From a virus: 64,000 nucleotides of DNA. The position numbers and the translations under genes are program-made. The notes beneath the pieces were generated by a model. It was not told the origin of the DNA and ran no database searches. It saw only the letters and a list, made by a program, of their open reading frames with translations. Shown here one piece after another: positions 30,952-42,160 of this stretch. Within the stretch, counting starts at the first letter, position 1, and the number at the start of each line of letters is the position of its first letter. The stretch spans positions 1-64,000 of IMG/VR virus record IMGVR_UViG_3300032675_001827. The stretch is one strand, 5' to 3'.

Positions 30952-33066
30952 TTAGCCCATTTGTACCCAATGATCACCGTTATCATCTGTAATATAAGTG
31001 AATAAAACACCTGACACTGTATTATACCATCTGTCGCCGTCAACAGGTATTGGAAAAACAGGTGGCACAGGACTTTCAGTAATCTGACTGTGATTTAGAT
31101 ATTGTAAGCCGTTACCGTCTAAATTTACACCTAAAACCTGTCCCGGTGTTCCAATAGTTGTATTTCCTGTACCGCCGTAGGGATAATCAATTGTTGTTGC
31201 ATTCCATACACCAGATGTGATGGTACCTAGCCCTGTTATTGTAGGCTGATTGCTGTTAATACTTATTGCGCCGGTAGAAATATTATAACTAAGCCCAGTT
31301 CCGGCTATTGAACTTGAAATACTAATTGCATTATTGTTTGCAATTAACGCACTATTTGGATCAAGCTGAATTTCTATTATTGGATAGCCATCTGGTCCAC
31401 TAATGGTTTTTAGACCCGATGTTGTATCAACAAAGGCAGCAGCATTGACATTGAAATACTGGCCGCTTTGGGTAAGTCCAAAACCTGGAAGAATTACACC
31501 TGCTTCGCTAAACTGTGTCCATACGATAGGCGATACATTTATTGTAATAGGATTTGGTGTTGTTTCTACCCATCCGGTACCGTGATTAGTATATCCTTGT
31601 TCAACAAATACGAAATCACCTGCTGAAATCTTACCTGTGGTACCTTGCCCATTAAAATCACTGGTTCTTGTTAAAATCCAGTTTTCACTTAGGCCGCCTG
31701 TTTGTATGACTTCATAGATGCCATTTTGTGTTTGATCTATTTGATTTTTAACAAGAATTCTGTCACTAATCGCCGGTGCAATAGTGTCTACTATTAGTTG
31801 TTCATATGCATTACTTGTTAATGCACCATAAGCTATTAAAGGGTTAAAAGATGCATCCAGATTATCTGTTGTAGCAACAACAACAGTAGCTTTTACGTTA
31901 AGTCCGCTTGCTACAGTATCTACATAAGATTTAGTTGCAACATCTTGAGAATTAATAGGATCCTGAGCATTTATAATTCTATTATTGCTCATATCCAATG
32001 TGTTAACAATTTGTACGTTAGCCGCGTTTGCAGATAATACTAAATTTTGACCAGGTGATCCTGTGGTAATATAGTCGCTGCTTATTTGAACTTGACCAAC
32101 TGACAGTGTTGATTCAACTGCGTTAAAAGTTAAGGCACTGTTACCTACAAGCTGTCCATCAGGGGCACCAAATGCTATTTGACCCTGCGTAACATTGAAT
32201 GCGCTGCCACCTGTACCCGATGTGAAAATTGCACTGTTGTCGGTTATTTTTATGTAAACAGGTATTTGATCGCCAGATGTAATTACATTAGATACGCCAC
32301 CGGGGGATGTGCTACTGATATATAAAATATCACCAGGATACCCTGGTAAGGTAGGAAGATTTGTTACATAACGGTTAATGGGTCTATAGGTAAAATCTCC
32401 AATATCTGGCTGATTTACACTTGTTACTGTACCAATACTCTGAGTAGACCTCATCTCGGTGGCAACACTAAGAGAATAAGATCCATCTTCATTTAAGTAG
32501 ATAAAGTCTCCAATTTGGAAATTGTTACCAAATTGAGTGGCCTGAATATAATCTTGGATATAGTTATATGATTGGAAACGATTGACAATATCAGGTATTA
32601 GATTAATTGGCACAGCGTAATCAGGTATCGTAGCGAATACAGGAATACCTTCGCTGTTAAGATTGATAATCAGATTATCATACACACCAAGGTCGCTTAT
32701 ATTGCCAATCCCTATACCGCTTTGAGTAGGATCGTTAACAATATTGCTGAGTCCCACATCTTCTACAATAAAAGTTAGTATCGAATCTGTTTGCGATACA
32801 ATGCTTATAATTTCAACAGCTATACTAGATGATGCGAAAACCAACCAATTACCAACTGTTACGTCAAGACCATTATAGGTAAATGGTATTGGTGTATTTG
32901 GATCGCTGTGAGTTTGCGATTGAACATCAACGGTTACTTGCCATTGATAAGGATAACCCGACCAGGGATCGGATGGATTGAGAGGGTCGTTCCAATTGGC
33001 ATACGGAACAATACTTGAAACATTTGTAAAAAGAGTTAGAGGGACACGAAAACTTTGAGCTGTCAT
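30952..33066 (-). CDS. Virion structural/tail-fibre-like protein
   Basis: DVATKSYVD..ASGL, DRILVKNQ..QNGIY, WILTR, GDFVFVEQG, GDRWYN. Confidence 0.75.
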   Translation of the reverse strand: MTAQSFRVPLTLFTNVSSIVPYANWNDPLNPSDPWSGYPYQWQVTVDVQSQTHSDPNTPIPFTYNGLDVTVGNWLVFASSSIAVEIISIVSQTDSILTFIVEDVGLSNIVNDPTQSGIGIGNISDLGVYDNLIINLNSEGIPVFATIPDYAVPINLIPDIVNRFQSYNYIQDYIQATQFGNNFQIGDFIYLNEDGSYSLSVATEMRSTQSIGTVTSVNQPDIGDFTYRPINRYVTNLPTLPGYPGDILYISSTSPGGVSNVITSGDQIPVYIKITDNSAIFTSGTGGSAFNVTQGQIAFGAPDGQLVGNSALTFNAVESTLSVGQVQISSDYITTGSPGQNLVLSANAANVQIVNTLDMSNNRIINAQDPINSQDVATKSYVDTVASGLNVKATVVVATTDNLDASFNPLIAYGALTSNAYEQLIVDTIAPAISDRILVKNQIDQTQNGIYEVIQTGGLSENWILTRTSDFNGQGTTGKISAGDFVFVEQGYTNHGTGWVETTPNPITINVSPIVWTQFSEAGVILPGFGLTQSGQYFNVNAAAFVDTTSGLKTISGPDGYPIIEIQLDPNSALIANNNAISISSSIAGTGLSYNISTGAISINSNQPTITGLGTITSGVWNATTIDYPYGGTGNTTIGTPGQVLGVNLDGNGLQYLNHSQITESPVPPVFPIPVDGDRWYNTVSGVLFTYITDDNGDHWVQMG

Positions 33067-33075
33067 TTAGAGTCC

Positions 33076-34356
33076 TTATTGAATATAGACTGCAATTCTA
33101 GCTTGTCCACCATAGACTGTTCCTACGTTATTTGCAGTTATACCGCTTAAAACAAATTGGCCAGGTATTGTTGTATCATAACTTATATTCATGATCGCAG
33201 TTGGCCCTCTGCTAACGTATACTGTACCTCCAACTGTTGTCTGCCCGTAGGCTATGAAGTTTTGAGGTAGACCAGAGATAGTATAACTAACTGTTATATA
33301 ATTAGACCCAATTGTAGCTTGCCAACCATCAGGTAAATCTGTTATCGAATCTATTGCACCAGCACTGGAATAATTTACAGTGAATTCATATTGATTAACA
33401 CCTATAGGTCCTGTTGGTCCTATAGGTCCTGGTGGGCCGCCTCGTGGCCCAGTTGCTCCTTGTGTACCTGTATAACCAGTTGGACCGGTATAACCCCATG
33501 GTCCTTGTTGACCAGTTGGTCCAGTAATACCAGTTGGTCCAGTAACCGTTGAGGGTGCCCCGGTAGGACCTGTGGCCATTGGGCCTGTAGAACCGGTTGG
33601 TCCAGTGATATTTGATGCATTACCTGTTGGACCGGTTGGACCTCCGGCTGGACCAGGCGGTCCTTGTGGACCCGGAGGACCGGGTTGTCCAACTACGCTA
33701 GGTACCCATGTGTTTTGATAGCGTATATACAGATTGCCATCAGTATCATTCCACCACAAATCACCTGTAATAAGGCTATTACTGACAGGTGCTACATTCG
33801 TAACATAAGTTTGTGTTTCTGTGATCCAAATGGTATCGTAATTTGCATCGCTATTTTTAGCCAAGACTTGGCCAGCGGCGCCGCCGGCTGGTAAACCATT
33901 TATAACTGTGTTTTGGCCGCCGCCGTTGCTAGTGGCTGCTGGACTCACTGCACCATAATTTAATAATATAGTTCTTACTGCACCTACAAGATATGGATCA
34001 GTTGGTGGAGGAACCAGATACGTACGATCCAGTGCAGCTCTTATCCAGATATAGTTTCCACTAAAACTATAAACGAAAACTCCTGTATCACCATTGTTTG
34101 TACCAGATGGTGCTGCAGGGTTTAAAGGAAATTGAACAAACGGAATATTACCTACCAGCGGTATATTAAACCAATCGTTAGGTCCCGGTTGGGAAGCCAA
34201 TGATCCTTGTATGTATATACGGCCAATAAAATTAACTACTGATATACTAACCGTGTGATTACAGCCAATGGTATTGCTATAACCGGCGCCCTTTTGCTGG
34301 ACGCCTATTGCGTTAATCTGTGTAGTTGTAGAACCAAGTAAGGTTACGCTGAACAT
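33076..34356 (-). CDS. Collagen-like virion protein
   Basis: GQVLAK, GDLWW, about 30 G-X-Y (mostly GPT) triplets; late motif 34380-34385. Confidence 0.8.
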   Translation of the reverse strand: MFSVTLLGSTTTQINAIGVQQKGAGYSNTIGCNHTVSISVVNFIGRIYIQGSLASQPGPNDWFNIPLVGNIPFVQFPLNPAAPSGTNNGDTGVFVYSFSGNYIWIRAALDRTYLVPPPTDPYLVGAVRTILLNYGAVSPAATSNGGGQNTVINGLPAGGAAGQVLAKNSDANYDTIWITETQTYVTNVAPVSNSLITGDLWWNDTDGNLYIRYQNTWVPSVVGQPGPPGPQGPPGPAGGPTGPTGNASNITGPTGSTGPMATGPTGAPSTVTGPTGITGPTGQQGPWGYTGPTGYTGTQGATGPRGGPPGPIGPTGPIGVNQYEFTVNYSSAGAIDSITDLPDGWQATIGSNYITVSYTISGLPQNFIAYGQTTVGGTVYVSRGPTAIMNISYDTTIPGQFVLSGITANNVGTVYGGQARIAVYIQ

Positions 34357-34400
34357 GCCAAGCCTCTATGTGATAGAGTTATTTAGCTATGTACTATACG

Positions 34401-34583
34401 TTATTCCAATTCCATAACTTCGACTACAACTGCACTGTCGTTTATTACACTTTCCGCTAATTCTGGTATACTGTTTATCAAAGTTTGCTTTGCATCATCA
34501 TCTAAAACACTAGTAACACCGTCACTGTCTTTTACAATTTTGCTTATTTTGATCGCCAAAACCTGTTCTAAAACTCTTGCCAT
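34401..34583 (-). CDS. Small conserved hypothetical protein
   Basis: AGGAG RBS; late motif 34611-34616. Confidence 0.65.
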   Translation of the reverse strand: MARVLEQVLAIKISKIVKDSDGVTSVLDDDAKQTLINSIPELAESVINDSAVVVEVMELE

Positions 34584-34624
34584 TTATATTTTCTCCTGCA
34601 AATGCAGAAGTATTTAGCTATTAT

Positions 34625-34969
34625 CTAGGTATTTAATGTTTGTTTTGGCTTCCTACCGCGTTTTCTTCCAATTTTTTTATTTGACCCATCTGGAAGAAGA
34701 TCGTAAATGTCTGCATATCGAACAGGATCCATTCCTTCTATAGACTTTATATTGCTTCCATTTGATTTGACAATTTTTTTGGTTTCATCACCTAGTTGTA
34801 GTTCAAAAATTGGTTCTTCAGATTCAAGAACTATATTCCTAATTTTAAATTCACCTAGCTTTGAAAAAACCCTGCCAGAAACATCAGTACTATTGTAATC
34901 TGCGATTACAATAGTATCTGTAGCTAACGCATTTTTTCTTACAAGTGCTGAAATTAATGATATCTGCAT
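34625..34969 (-). CDS. Hypothetical protein with basic C-terminal tail
   Basis: IEGMDP; GRKRGRKPK. Confidence 0.7.
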   Translation of the reverse strand: MQISLISALVRKNALATDTIVIADYNSTDVSGRVFSKLGEFKIRNIVLESEEPIFELQLGDETKKIVKSNGSNIKSIEGMDPVRYADIYDLLPDGSNKKIGRKRGRKPKQTLNT

Positions 34970-34985
34970 ACGTTGTCCTTTTGTT

Positions 34986-37247
34986 TTAAATCTCGTTGTT
35001 TACTAATTCAATATCTTGCTGTTGAAAATTGGTTTCAATTATGTGATGTACTAGATTTCCATTATCAGCTGTGAATAAAACTCCGCCGCCATTTTTAAGT
35101 TTACCAAATAAAATTTCTCTGCTCAAAGGCTTTTTAACGTGCTCCTGCATGACTCTTGCCAATGGGCGTGCACCCATGTTTTTATCAAACCCTTTGTCAA
35201 TCAACCATTGCTTGGCTTGTGCATCAAATGCAATAGTTACACTCTTATTTTGACTTAGGTCATTGAGCTGATTGATAAATTTATCTAGCACTTTGACCAT
35301 GCTATCTTTTGTCAATCTGTTAAAATGAATAGTAGCGTCAAGACGGTTGCGGAATTCAGGAGTAAACCACAACTTGACTGCCTCTTGCCCTGCATCATTG
35401 CGTTCTGAATTACCAAAGCCAATTGAATTTTTTTCCATATCTGAAGCACCGAGATTTGATGTAAAAATCAAAAAGACATTGCGAGCGCTTGCAGTTTTAC
35501 CTGCTTGACTGGATATCATTCCGTTGTCCATTACTTGTAAGAAAATAGATACAATATCTGGATGGGCTTTTTCAATTTCGTCGCATAAAATAACTGCATG
35601 AGGATGTTGTTCTAGTTCATTTATGAGAATTCCAGATCCTGCCGAACCGTCGCCGTAACCTACATAACCGGGCGGCGATCCGATAAATTTGCTGACGCTG
35701 TGTTTTTCCATAAATTCACTCATATCAAATCTTATAAACGGGATATTAAGAGTAGCTGCCAATTGTTTTGCAATTTCTGTTTTTCCTACTCCTGTTGGTC
35801 CGGCAAACAAAAAGGATCCAAGTGTTTTGTTACCTTCGCGTAGACCAGATTTACTGATCAGTACAGCATCTGTTAGATTTAATACAGCTTCGTCTTGACC
35901 AAAAACGGTAGATTTTAGTGTGTTTTCCAATTGTTCAAGATCAACTATCTCTTGTTCACTATCTGATTTGATAGGTATCTTAGTCATCTGACTGATTTCA
36001 TAGGCTATTTCCTCAGTACCAATGCTTTCAACACGTTCATGTAAAGGTTTAATTTTCTGTCGTGCGCCTGCTGAATCTACTATGTCAAGTGCTTTGTCAG
36101 GCAAGCGTTTATCATGTATATATTTTACGCTTAAGTCAACTGCGCTGTCCAAAGCAGCTTTGGTGTAATTTACACCGTGAAATTGACTATAGTATTCACT
36201 TAGAGCATTTACAATGGTTTTAGAATCTTTGATTGATGGTTCTAGTACATCAATACGTTGAAATCTACGCATCAATGCGCGATCTTTTTCAAAATGTTTG
36301 CGAAACTCTTCTTGTGTTGTACTGCCAATGCACCGAATATCACCTCTGCTGAGTGCAGGTTTGAGCAGATTAGCTGCATCCATTGCACCGTTGCTGCCGC
36401 TGCCGGCGCCCATAATCATATGAATTTCATCAATGAATAAGATTGCATGTGGAAGTGCAGTAAAAGCTGAAATAATGTTTTGCATACGTTCTTCAAAATC
36501 ACCTCTAAATTTTGTACCAGCTATTACACTGCTTATATCTAGGCTATAAATGATTTTGTCATTTAGTGTATCAGGAACTGTGCCTTCAACAATATTCTTG
36601 GCCAAACCCTCTACTATCACTGTTTTTCCAACACCCGGATCGCCTAGAAGAATGCCATTGTTTTTATGCCTTCTAGCCATGATCTGTGTAATTTTTAGAA
36701 TCTCAGTTTCTCGACCAATCAATGGATCAATTTTCTTTTGTTTTGCTTTTTCATTGAGATTCACACAGTAATGTTCTAGAATTTCGCGAGCTTCTTTAAT
36801 ATTTGTAGTTGTTTGCTGCTGACTTTTTGTCTTTTGCAACAGTGATAGAACAATTTCTTTCTCAAGACCTGCTGCATTTAAAAAATATGATGCATGGCTA
36901 TTTTCGATGTTGAACATAGCGAGAAATAGATCCATACATCCCATATCACTGCGTGAAGAAAAAATGGTCTGAGTTTTGGCTTTTTTAACTGCTGTTAGCA
37001 GCAGTGAAGTATGACGCGGTTGATAAGATCCGGTTTTCACTAATACATGATTAGTTGCATCATGAATGTAAGCACGAACATCATCGGTTAATTTTTTAAG
37101 ATCTCCTGATGCTTGTGTTATTAAGGCTTGAATATCCTCTAACTCTAACAGAGCCATCAAAAGATGTTCTAAGGTAACAAATTCGTGCCTTAATCCAGCA
37201 GCAATTATATAAGCACGCTTTACAACATCTTCAAAACTATTTTGCAT
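34986..37247 (-). CDS. clpA: ATP-dependent Clp protease ATP-binding subunit ClpA
   Basis: HEFVTLEHLL, GDPGVGKT, LFIDEIH, GPTGVGKT, RFDMSEF, GSPPGYVG, GARPL. Confidence 0.93.
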   Translation of the reverse strand: MQNSFEDVVKRAYIIAAGLRHEFVTLEHLLMALLELEDIQALITQASGDLKKLTDDVRAYIHDATNHVLVKTGSYQPRHTSLLLTAVKKAKTQTIFSSRSDMGCMDLFLAMFNIENSHASYFLNAAGLEKEIVLSLLQKTKSQQQTTTNIKEAREILEHYCVNLNEKAKQKKIDPLIGRETEILKITQIMARRHKNNGILLGDPGVGKTVIVEGLAKNIVEGTVPDTLNDKIIYSLDISSVIAGTKFRGDFEERMQNIISAFTALPHAILFIDEIHMIMGAGSGSNGAMDAANLLKPALSRGDIRCIGSTTQEEFRKHFEKDRALMRRFQRIDVLEPSIKDSKTIVNALSEYYSQFHGVNYTKAALDSAVDLSVKYIHDKRLPDKALDIVDSAGARQKIKPLHERVESIGTEEIAYEISQMTKIPIKSDSEQEIVDLEQLENTLKSTVFGQDEAVLNLTDAVLISKSGLREGNKTLGSFLFAGPTGVGKTEIAKQLAATLNIPFIRFDMSEFMEKHSVSKFIGSPPGYVGYGDGSAGSGILINELEQHPHAVILCDEIEKAHPDIVSIFLQVMDNGMISSQAGKTASARNVFLIFTSNLGASDMEKNSIGFGNSERNDAGQEAVKLWFTPEFRNRLDATIHFNRLTKDSMVKVLDKFINQLNDLSQNKSVTIAFDAQAKQWLIDKGFDKNMGARPLARVMQEHVKKPLSREILFGKLKNGGGVLFTADNGNLVHHIIETNFQQQDIELVNNEI

Positions 37248-37746
37248 TTTTATTCTGCTTCCTTTTCTTATCTAGTTTTTTCTTAGCCATGCTAAGACTT
37301 AATTTTCCTACACGATCTGTAAAGCATATTCCTTGACAGTGATCAAATTCGTGCATCCATACTCTAGCTTCTAACCCTTCTAGCCTTTCAGTTGTTTCTG
37401 TACCTTCTAAACTGAAATACCTTGCAATCACACCTTCTGGACGTTTTACTTTGAGTAGCAGGCCTGGAAAGCTGAGGCAACCTTCCTCCATTATAATCAT
37501 GTTGAAACTGGCTCCAACTATCTCTGGATTAACGCAGATTCTTATTTTATCGTTAACAAGCATAGCAAACATAGCTAAATCTATGCCCAATTGGCATGCG
37601 CTTACACCAAGCGCATTTTGCTCATAAATTGTTTTAACAAGCAACGAGGCTATTGGTTGCAGTGTATTTTTGTATGTGTCAAATTGTTCTTGAGTTACCA
37701 ATTGTGTTTTGGTATGTAACACTTTATTTGTTGATTCAACTAACAT
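37237..37746 (-). CDS. def: Peptide deformylase
   Basis: GVSACQ, EGCLS, HEFDH. Confidence 0.92.
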   Translation of the reverse strand: MLVESTNKVLHTKTQLVTQEQFDTYKNTLQPIASLLVKTIYEQNALGVSACQLGIDLAMFAMLVNDKIRICVNPEIVGASFNMIIMEEGCLSFPGLLLKVKRPEGVIARYFSLEGTETTERLEGLEARVWMHEFDHCQGICFTDRVGKLSLSMAKKKLDKKRKQNKNAK

Positions 37747-37767
37747 GTATAATTTTTAACCTTACTA

Positions 37768-38658
37768 CTAATGGTTGTCAATGCTACGATTTTTTTGGAT
37801 TTGACTTAGTAAACTTAAATTTTCTGCGGAAAGATTCTGCGGTATTTCTAATTCTATAATCAAATACAAATCGCCGTGGGTGCCTGGATGTTCTCTTAAT
37901 GGCATACCTTGATTAACTATTCGCAATTTAGTTCCATGTTGAGTCCCTGGCGGGATCGTTACTGAGATTTTATGACCGTTAATTGCATAAATGTGCAATT
38001 TGGTTCCAACAATGGCTGAAATAGCGTCAACTTTGCAATGATGTTCTAAATGATTCCCGTGCCTAACAAATTTAGCATGCGGTGCGATTTCTACATGAAT
38101 GTACAAATCACCAGGCGGTAAACTGGTATTGCTATGATCGCCTTGCCCGGCATATCTTATTCTAGTGCCGTTGTCAATACCTTTGGGAATATCTATTACC
38201 AAATCAATTTTTCTACCACTGTTGGTAGTAAATCCAAGTGGTATCTGCTTTCCGTTATAGGAATCTTCTAGACTTATGTTAATGTTTAAATTTACATCTC
38301 TATTACGCTGAGGAGCTCTTCCAAAACCAGGAAAACCATGTTGACTGAAAAATTGTGCTACAAAATCATCAATATTAGTTGGATTATCAAAAGGACGACC
38401 ATTTACATTTACATTCCAATGAACTCCTCCATGATTTCCATGAAAAGGGTTCTTACGAGTTTGATCGTATTCTCTACGTTTGATTTCGTCACTTAGAATT
38501 TCATATGCTGCACTTATTTCTTTAAATTTAACTTCAGCGTCTTTATTGCCAGAATTGCGATCAGGATGCCACTGCATTGCAAGTTTCCGATAGGCTGCTT
38601 TAATTTCATCAGCTGACGCTGTTTCGTTAATGCCTAATGTTTCATAGTGTGTTGCCAT
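37768..38658 (-). CDS. DnaJ-class co-chaperone without Zn finger (CbpA-like)
   Basis: J domain with HPD; C-terminal PPGDLY and GDLY domains; no CxxCxGxG. Confidence 0.92.
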   Translation of the reverse strand: MATHYETLGINETASADEIKAAYRKLAMQWHPDRNSGNKDAEVKFKEISAAYEILSDEIKRREYDQTRKNPFHGNHGGVHWNVNVNGRPFDNPTNIDDFVAQFFSQHGFPGFGRAPQRNRDVNLNINISLEDSYNGKQIPLGFTTNSGRKIDLVIDIPKGIDNGTRIRYAGQGDHSNTSLPPGDLYIHVEIAPHAKFVRHGNHLEHHCKVDAISAIVGTKLHIYAINGHKISVTIPPGTQHGTKLRIVNQGMPLREHPGTHGDLYLIIELEIPQNLSAENLSLLSQIQKNRSIDNH

Positions 38659-38738
38659 ATGTATATTTTATTTTTGCAAAATTATTTGTCAACTGTAGTG
38701 AGTTTTTTTGGTTATAGTCCAAAAACTAAATATTCTGC

Positions 38739-39446
38739 ATGTCAGATTCCTCGTTAGTACCAACCAATAAAGCTAGTATTCTAGAACTTGTATTGTCATA
38801 CTTATCAAATACTAAACCAGTATTAATGTTTATCCACCTTGTTTGGTTTACCATTGTGTGCGCCATTTTAAGCATAACCTATCTTGTATCGTTTCATTTT
38901 ACTAATTTAATAGATATATATCAAGAAGCACATAATATTCAAAAATTTAACTCCAATTTAGTTTTCAGCATGCAACAAGATTCCGCAATAAATGCGAATC
39001 TAAATGAGCTTGTTAGCAAAACACATGCTAATCGTGCTTATCTTTTTAGATATCATAATGGCTTAGCCGCTGTAAGTGGCGTTCCGTTTTTCTTTCAAAC
39101 TAATACGCACGAAGTGATAAGTCCGGGTACGCCTCGCGTAATTCAGTTTGAACAGCATATTCCTGCAAGTATAAATTTGGCCATAAACAACAAATTTATG
39201 ATGAACCAATGTGCTATCATCCCTAAGGTAGACGAAGATAAGGACAGCCAAAATTACTGGTTTTTTCAAAATCGAGGTGCAAAAAGCATTGTACGCTGTC
39301 CAGTGTTTATGCCAAATGGTGATCTTTTCGGGTTTGTTGGAGTAGATTTTACCGATAGGGTTGATATAAAAGATTTAAATCAAATTGAAAATGAAATTAA
39401 GATAGTAGCTAACTCTCTAGCATTAGTATTTGCAACCAAACATTAA
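38739..39446 (+). CDS. Membrane protein with GAF-like domain, possible T4 T-type holin
   Basis: One TM segment; RAYLFRYHNG, RCPVF..GFVGVDF; late motif 38727-38732. Confidence 0.5.
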   Translation: MSDSSLVPTNKASILELVLSYLSNTKPVLMFIHLVWFTIVCAILSITYLVSFHFTNLIDIYQEAHNIQKFNSNLVFSMQQDSAINANLNELVSKTHANRAYLFRYHNGLAAVSGVPFFFQTNTHEVISPGTPRVIQFEQHIPASINLAINNKFMMNQCAIIPKVDEDKDSQNYWFFQNRGAKSIVRCPVFMPNGDLFGFVGVDFTDRVDIKDLNQIENEIKIVANSLALVFATKH

Positions 39447-39484
39447 TTCGCTAATAATTAAAAACCAAATAGGAGAGTTTTACC

Positions 39485-40225
39485 GTGCAAATATTGATCC
39501 CCATGGGCGGTGCTGGTAGCAGATTTTCAGCTGCCGGATATGATCGTCCAAAACCATTTATAGAATTTCATGGTCAAACAATGATAGAAAATGTGGTTGA
39601 AAATCTTGGGCTTGATAATGAATATATCTTTGTAACGCAGCGCAGCCATTATGATGAATTTAGACTGGTTTATGAACGTATTCGAAACAAAGTACAGAAG
39701 CTACAGGTAGCAGTATTAGAAGGAATGACACGCGGGGCTGCAGAAAGTTGCTTGTACGCAAAAGATTTTCTTGATTTAGATATGCCACTAATGATCGCTA
39801 ATTGCGATCAGATGCTCGAATGGAACCCTGTTGTATTTAAAGCCTGGCTGTTTGATACAAAGATAGATGGCGCTATAATGACATTTGAAAGCCAAAGCCC
39901 TAAGAATAGCTTTGCAAGGCTGGACGAAGATGGGTTTGTAGTAGAAACAGCTGAAAAAAAAGTTATAAGTCCTTACGCAACAAACGGAATTTACGTGTGG
40001 AAACGTGCAGCTGATTTCGTTTCAGCTGCAGAAGAATTGATTGCTAGAGATTTACGAACGAACAATGAATTTTATGTAGCCCCTTGTTATAATCTTAATA
40101 TTGAACGTGGGCAAAAGATCAAAATCTATCCCATTAACGGTCACTGGCCTATTGGTACACCGCAGGATCTAACCATATATCTGGATCATTTTGGAGGAAA
40201 GCGTAATGCAAATACACACAGTTGA
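39485..40225 (+). CDS. Sugar/polyol-phosphate nucleotidyltransferase (GT-A fold)
   Basis: IPMGGAGSRF..GY..PKP, TRGAA, IANCDQ, EKKVIS, NNEFYVAP, GTP. Confidence 0.88.
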   Translation: MQILIPMGGAGSRFSAAGYDRPKPFIEFHGQTMIENVVENLGLDNEYIFVTQRSHYDEFRLVYERIRNKVQKLQVAVLEGMTRGAAESCLYAKDFLDLDMPLMIANCDQMLEWNPVVFKAWLFDTKIDGAIMTFESQSPKNSFARLDEDGFVVETAEKKVISPYATNGIYVWKRAADFVSAAEELIARDLRTNNEFYVAPCYNLNIERGQKIKIYPINGHWPIGTPQDLTIYLDHFGGKRNANTHS

Positions 40226-40541
40226 TAGTTTAGTAGGTGGTTGGTTTGTTGGTGCATTTTCTGGCGCAGTGTATCGCACCAGTGCGGTAGAAGTTTCATA
40301 CAAACAGCATTATGCAGGCGAAAAATGGCCTGCACATTATCATAAAATAGCTGACGAAATAAACTATCTAATAAGCGGCAAAATGGAAGTTGGCGGGCAA
40401 ATGTTAGAAGGACCTGTTATTTTTACAATTCCCAAAGGAGAAGTTTCAGCACCAGTATTTCACACAGATGTAACACTAATTGTAGTCAAAGTCCCTGGTG
40501 CACTCAACGACAAATATAATCTGGATGATCCAACAGTATGA
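40206..40541 (+). CDS. Small cupin-domain protein
   Basis: GGWFVGAF, HYHKIADE, VVKVP..NDKY. Confidence 0.75.
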   Translation: MQIHTVDSLVGGWFVGAFSGAVYRTSAVEVSYKQHYAGEKWPAHYHKIADEINYLISGKMEVGGQMLEGPVIFTIPKGEVSAPVFHTDVTLIVVKVPGALNDKYNLDDPTV

Positions 40542-41086
40542 TAGTAGAGCGCGAAGATCACAAATATTGTTTAGATATTGGAAGACCAACATTTTATACA
40601 GATGAACACAGAGATTTTTACAAAAAGATTTTTGATGTAATTGAAAACTCGCCAATACCTATGGTTGTAAACGGTATTTATAATCGGATAAAAAAAATGC
40701 TTTATGCAGGGTCTGGATATGGCGGGGGAGGTTTTGCTTTTTGCTTTTGGTTCGCAACCAAAGAAGACAGAAGAGAATTTGCACGATCGATGAAAGGCAT
40801 TGAAGTATCTATAGAAGACTGGCGAAATGTTACGTGGTATCAACCTTATCAATCTAAAATTTTGGTTTTGAAGTTCAACGGCAAGTATCTAGATCATGTG
40901 CAGCAATTTGCACAAAACAATGACATTACCATGCAACCATATATGAGTCCGCCACAAGGATTTGGCCGGGAATTGGATAAATCTCAATGGGATGTTATTC
41001 CAGGTCTACATGTGGCATCAGGTGATTACAAATTATTGTTAGAGTTAAAGCATCATCTCAATGATGTATTTTTAGATTTTGATTGA
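40538..41086 (+). CDS. Hypothetical protein
   Basis: ATGA overlap; 182 aa. Confidence 0.65.
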   Translation: MIVEREDHKYCLDIGRPTFYTDEHRDFYKKIFDVIENSPIPMVVNGIYNRIKKMLYAGSGYGGGGFAFCFWFATKEDRREFARSMKGIEVSIEDWRNVTWYQPYQSKILVLKFNGKYLDHVQQFAQNNDITMQPYMSPPQGFGRELDKSQWDVIPGLHVASGDYKLLLELKHHLNDVFLDFD

Positions 41087-41104
41087 CATTTTGGAGTTGC
41101 ATAA

Positions 41105-41308
41105 ATGAATAAAGAACTGTTCCGTACACTGTTATGGCGAGCAAGTGAGGGCTACAACGATAGCTGGAGTGCTGTTGATCCAGAAGTACTGGAAAATTTC
41201 GCAGAGTTAATTGTCCGAGAATGTGCAAAAATTGTTAATGACAATAATTTTGCAGGCAGCACACTAGGTGATAGGTTGCTGTTTCCTTATTTTGGAATTG
41301 AACAATGA
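41105..41308 (+). CDS. Small hypothetical phage protein
   Basis: FAELIVRECA motif. Confidence 0.65.
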   Translation: MNKELFRTLLWRASEGYNDSWSAVDPEVLENFAELIVRECAKIVNDNNFAGSTLGDRLLFPYFGIEQ

Positions 41309-41318
41309 TGTCGTGAAA

Positions 41319-42044
41319 TTACATTTTAATATTACGACGATCTAGTTCTCTTTTCAATGCAACAAGTTTATTGTTATCGCGCGAAATAGCATTGCGTATT
41401 TCACCTGCTACACCCGAAGGCAATGCACGCAGAACAGCATTAACTAGTTGTTCTGCTTGTGTTTGCGATTTTGCATGTGCTGCCTTTTTTTCAGCAGTTT
41501 CTTTGTCTTTTTTCTCTGCATATTTGTCTGAAATACTTAGCCCTGTTGCTGTTTTATCTTTAGATCTTTTCTTGTCTGATTTAGCATAATCGTCTAGACG
41601 ATCTAAAACATCTTGGTATGCCAGATCCTGTTTATGCCATGCTAATGCATTACGTGCCAGATGTTCGTAATTTGTATCTTTTCCAATCTTAACTAAAATG
41701 GGTGTTAGTGCTTCTGCCATATGCCTTAAATTTTCAGCCGATGGTTCTCGTAGGAACATACGTAATGCACTAGATGATTGACTGGGAGCTTGGTCAGCTA
41801 GATGATGCAAGTGAGAGATTAAATTTTTGCCGTCTTCGTTTAACCATTTTGAAATTACTCCCTTTTCCAACAAACGGAAGCCGCCCATACTGTCATTGTT
41901 TTCGGCATATTTCTGTGCCATGGATTCTAGTTTACTGTACAGTTCGGTTACGGGATTTCCAATGTCACTGGCAAGTAATTTTAAGGTGCTGGCTAGAGAG
42001 ACACTTTCAAGCATCACTCCGTCAATTATTTCAACTATACGCAT
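41319..42044 (-). CDS. Late protein, possibly head-packaged
   Basis: MRIVEII..MLES N-terminus; late motif 42071-42076. Confidence 0.6.
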   Translation of the reverse strand: MRIVEIIDGVMLESVSLASTLKLLASDIGNPVTELYSKLESMAQKYAENNDSMGGFRLLEKGVISKWLNEDGKNLISHLHHLADQAPSQSSSALRMFLREPSAENLRHMAEALTPILVKIGKDTNYEHLARNALAWHKQDLAYQDVLDRLDDYAKSDKKRSKDKTATGLSISDKYAEKKDKETAEKKAAHAKSQTQAEQLVNAVLRALPSGVAGEIRNAISRDNNKLVALKRELDRRNIKM

Positions 42045-42160
42045 GTCTAGACTCCGTTTCTTGATAGGATTATTTATCTCAATAGTTTGTGCCTAAGTAA
42101 TTGACAGAAAAGAAGCCTTATGACTAAAATTAAATTTATTTGTAACAGCAAAGGGCCGCG

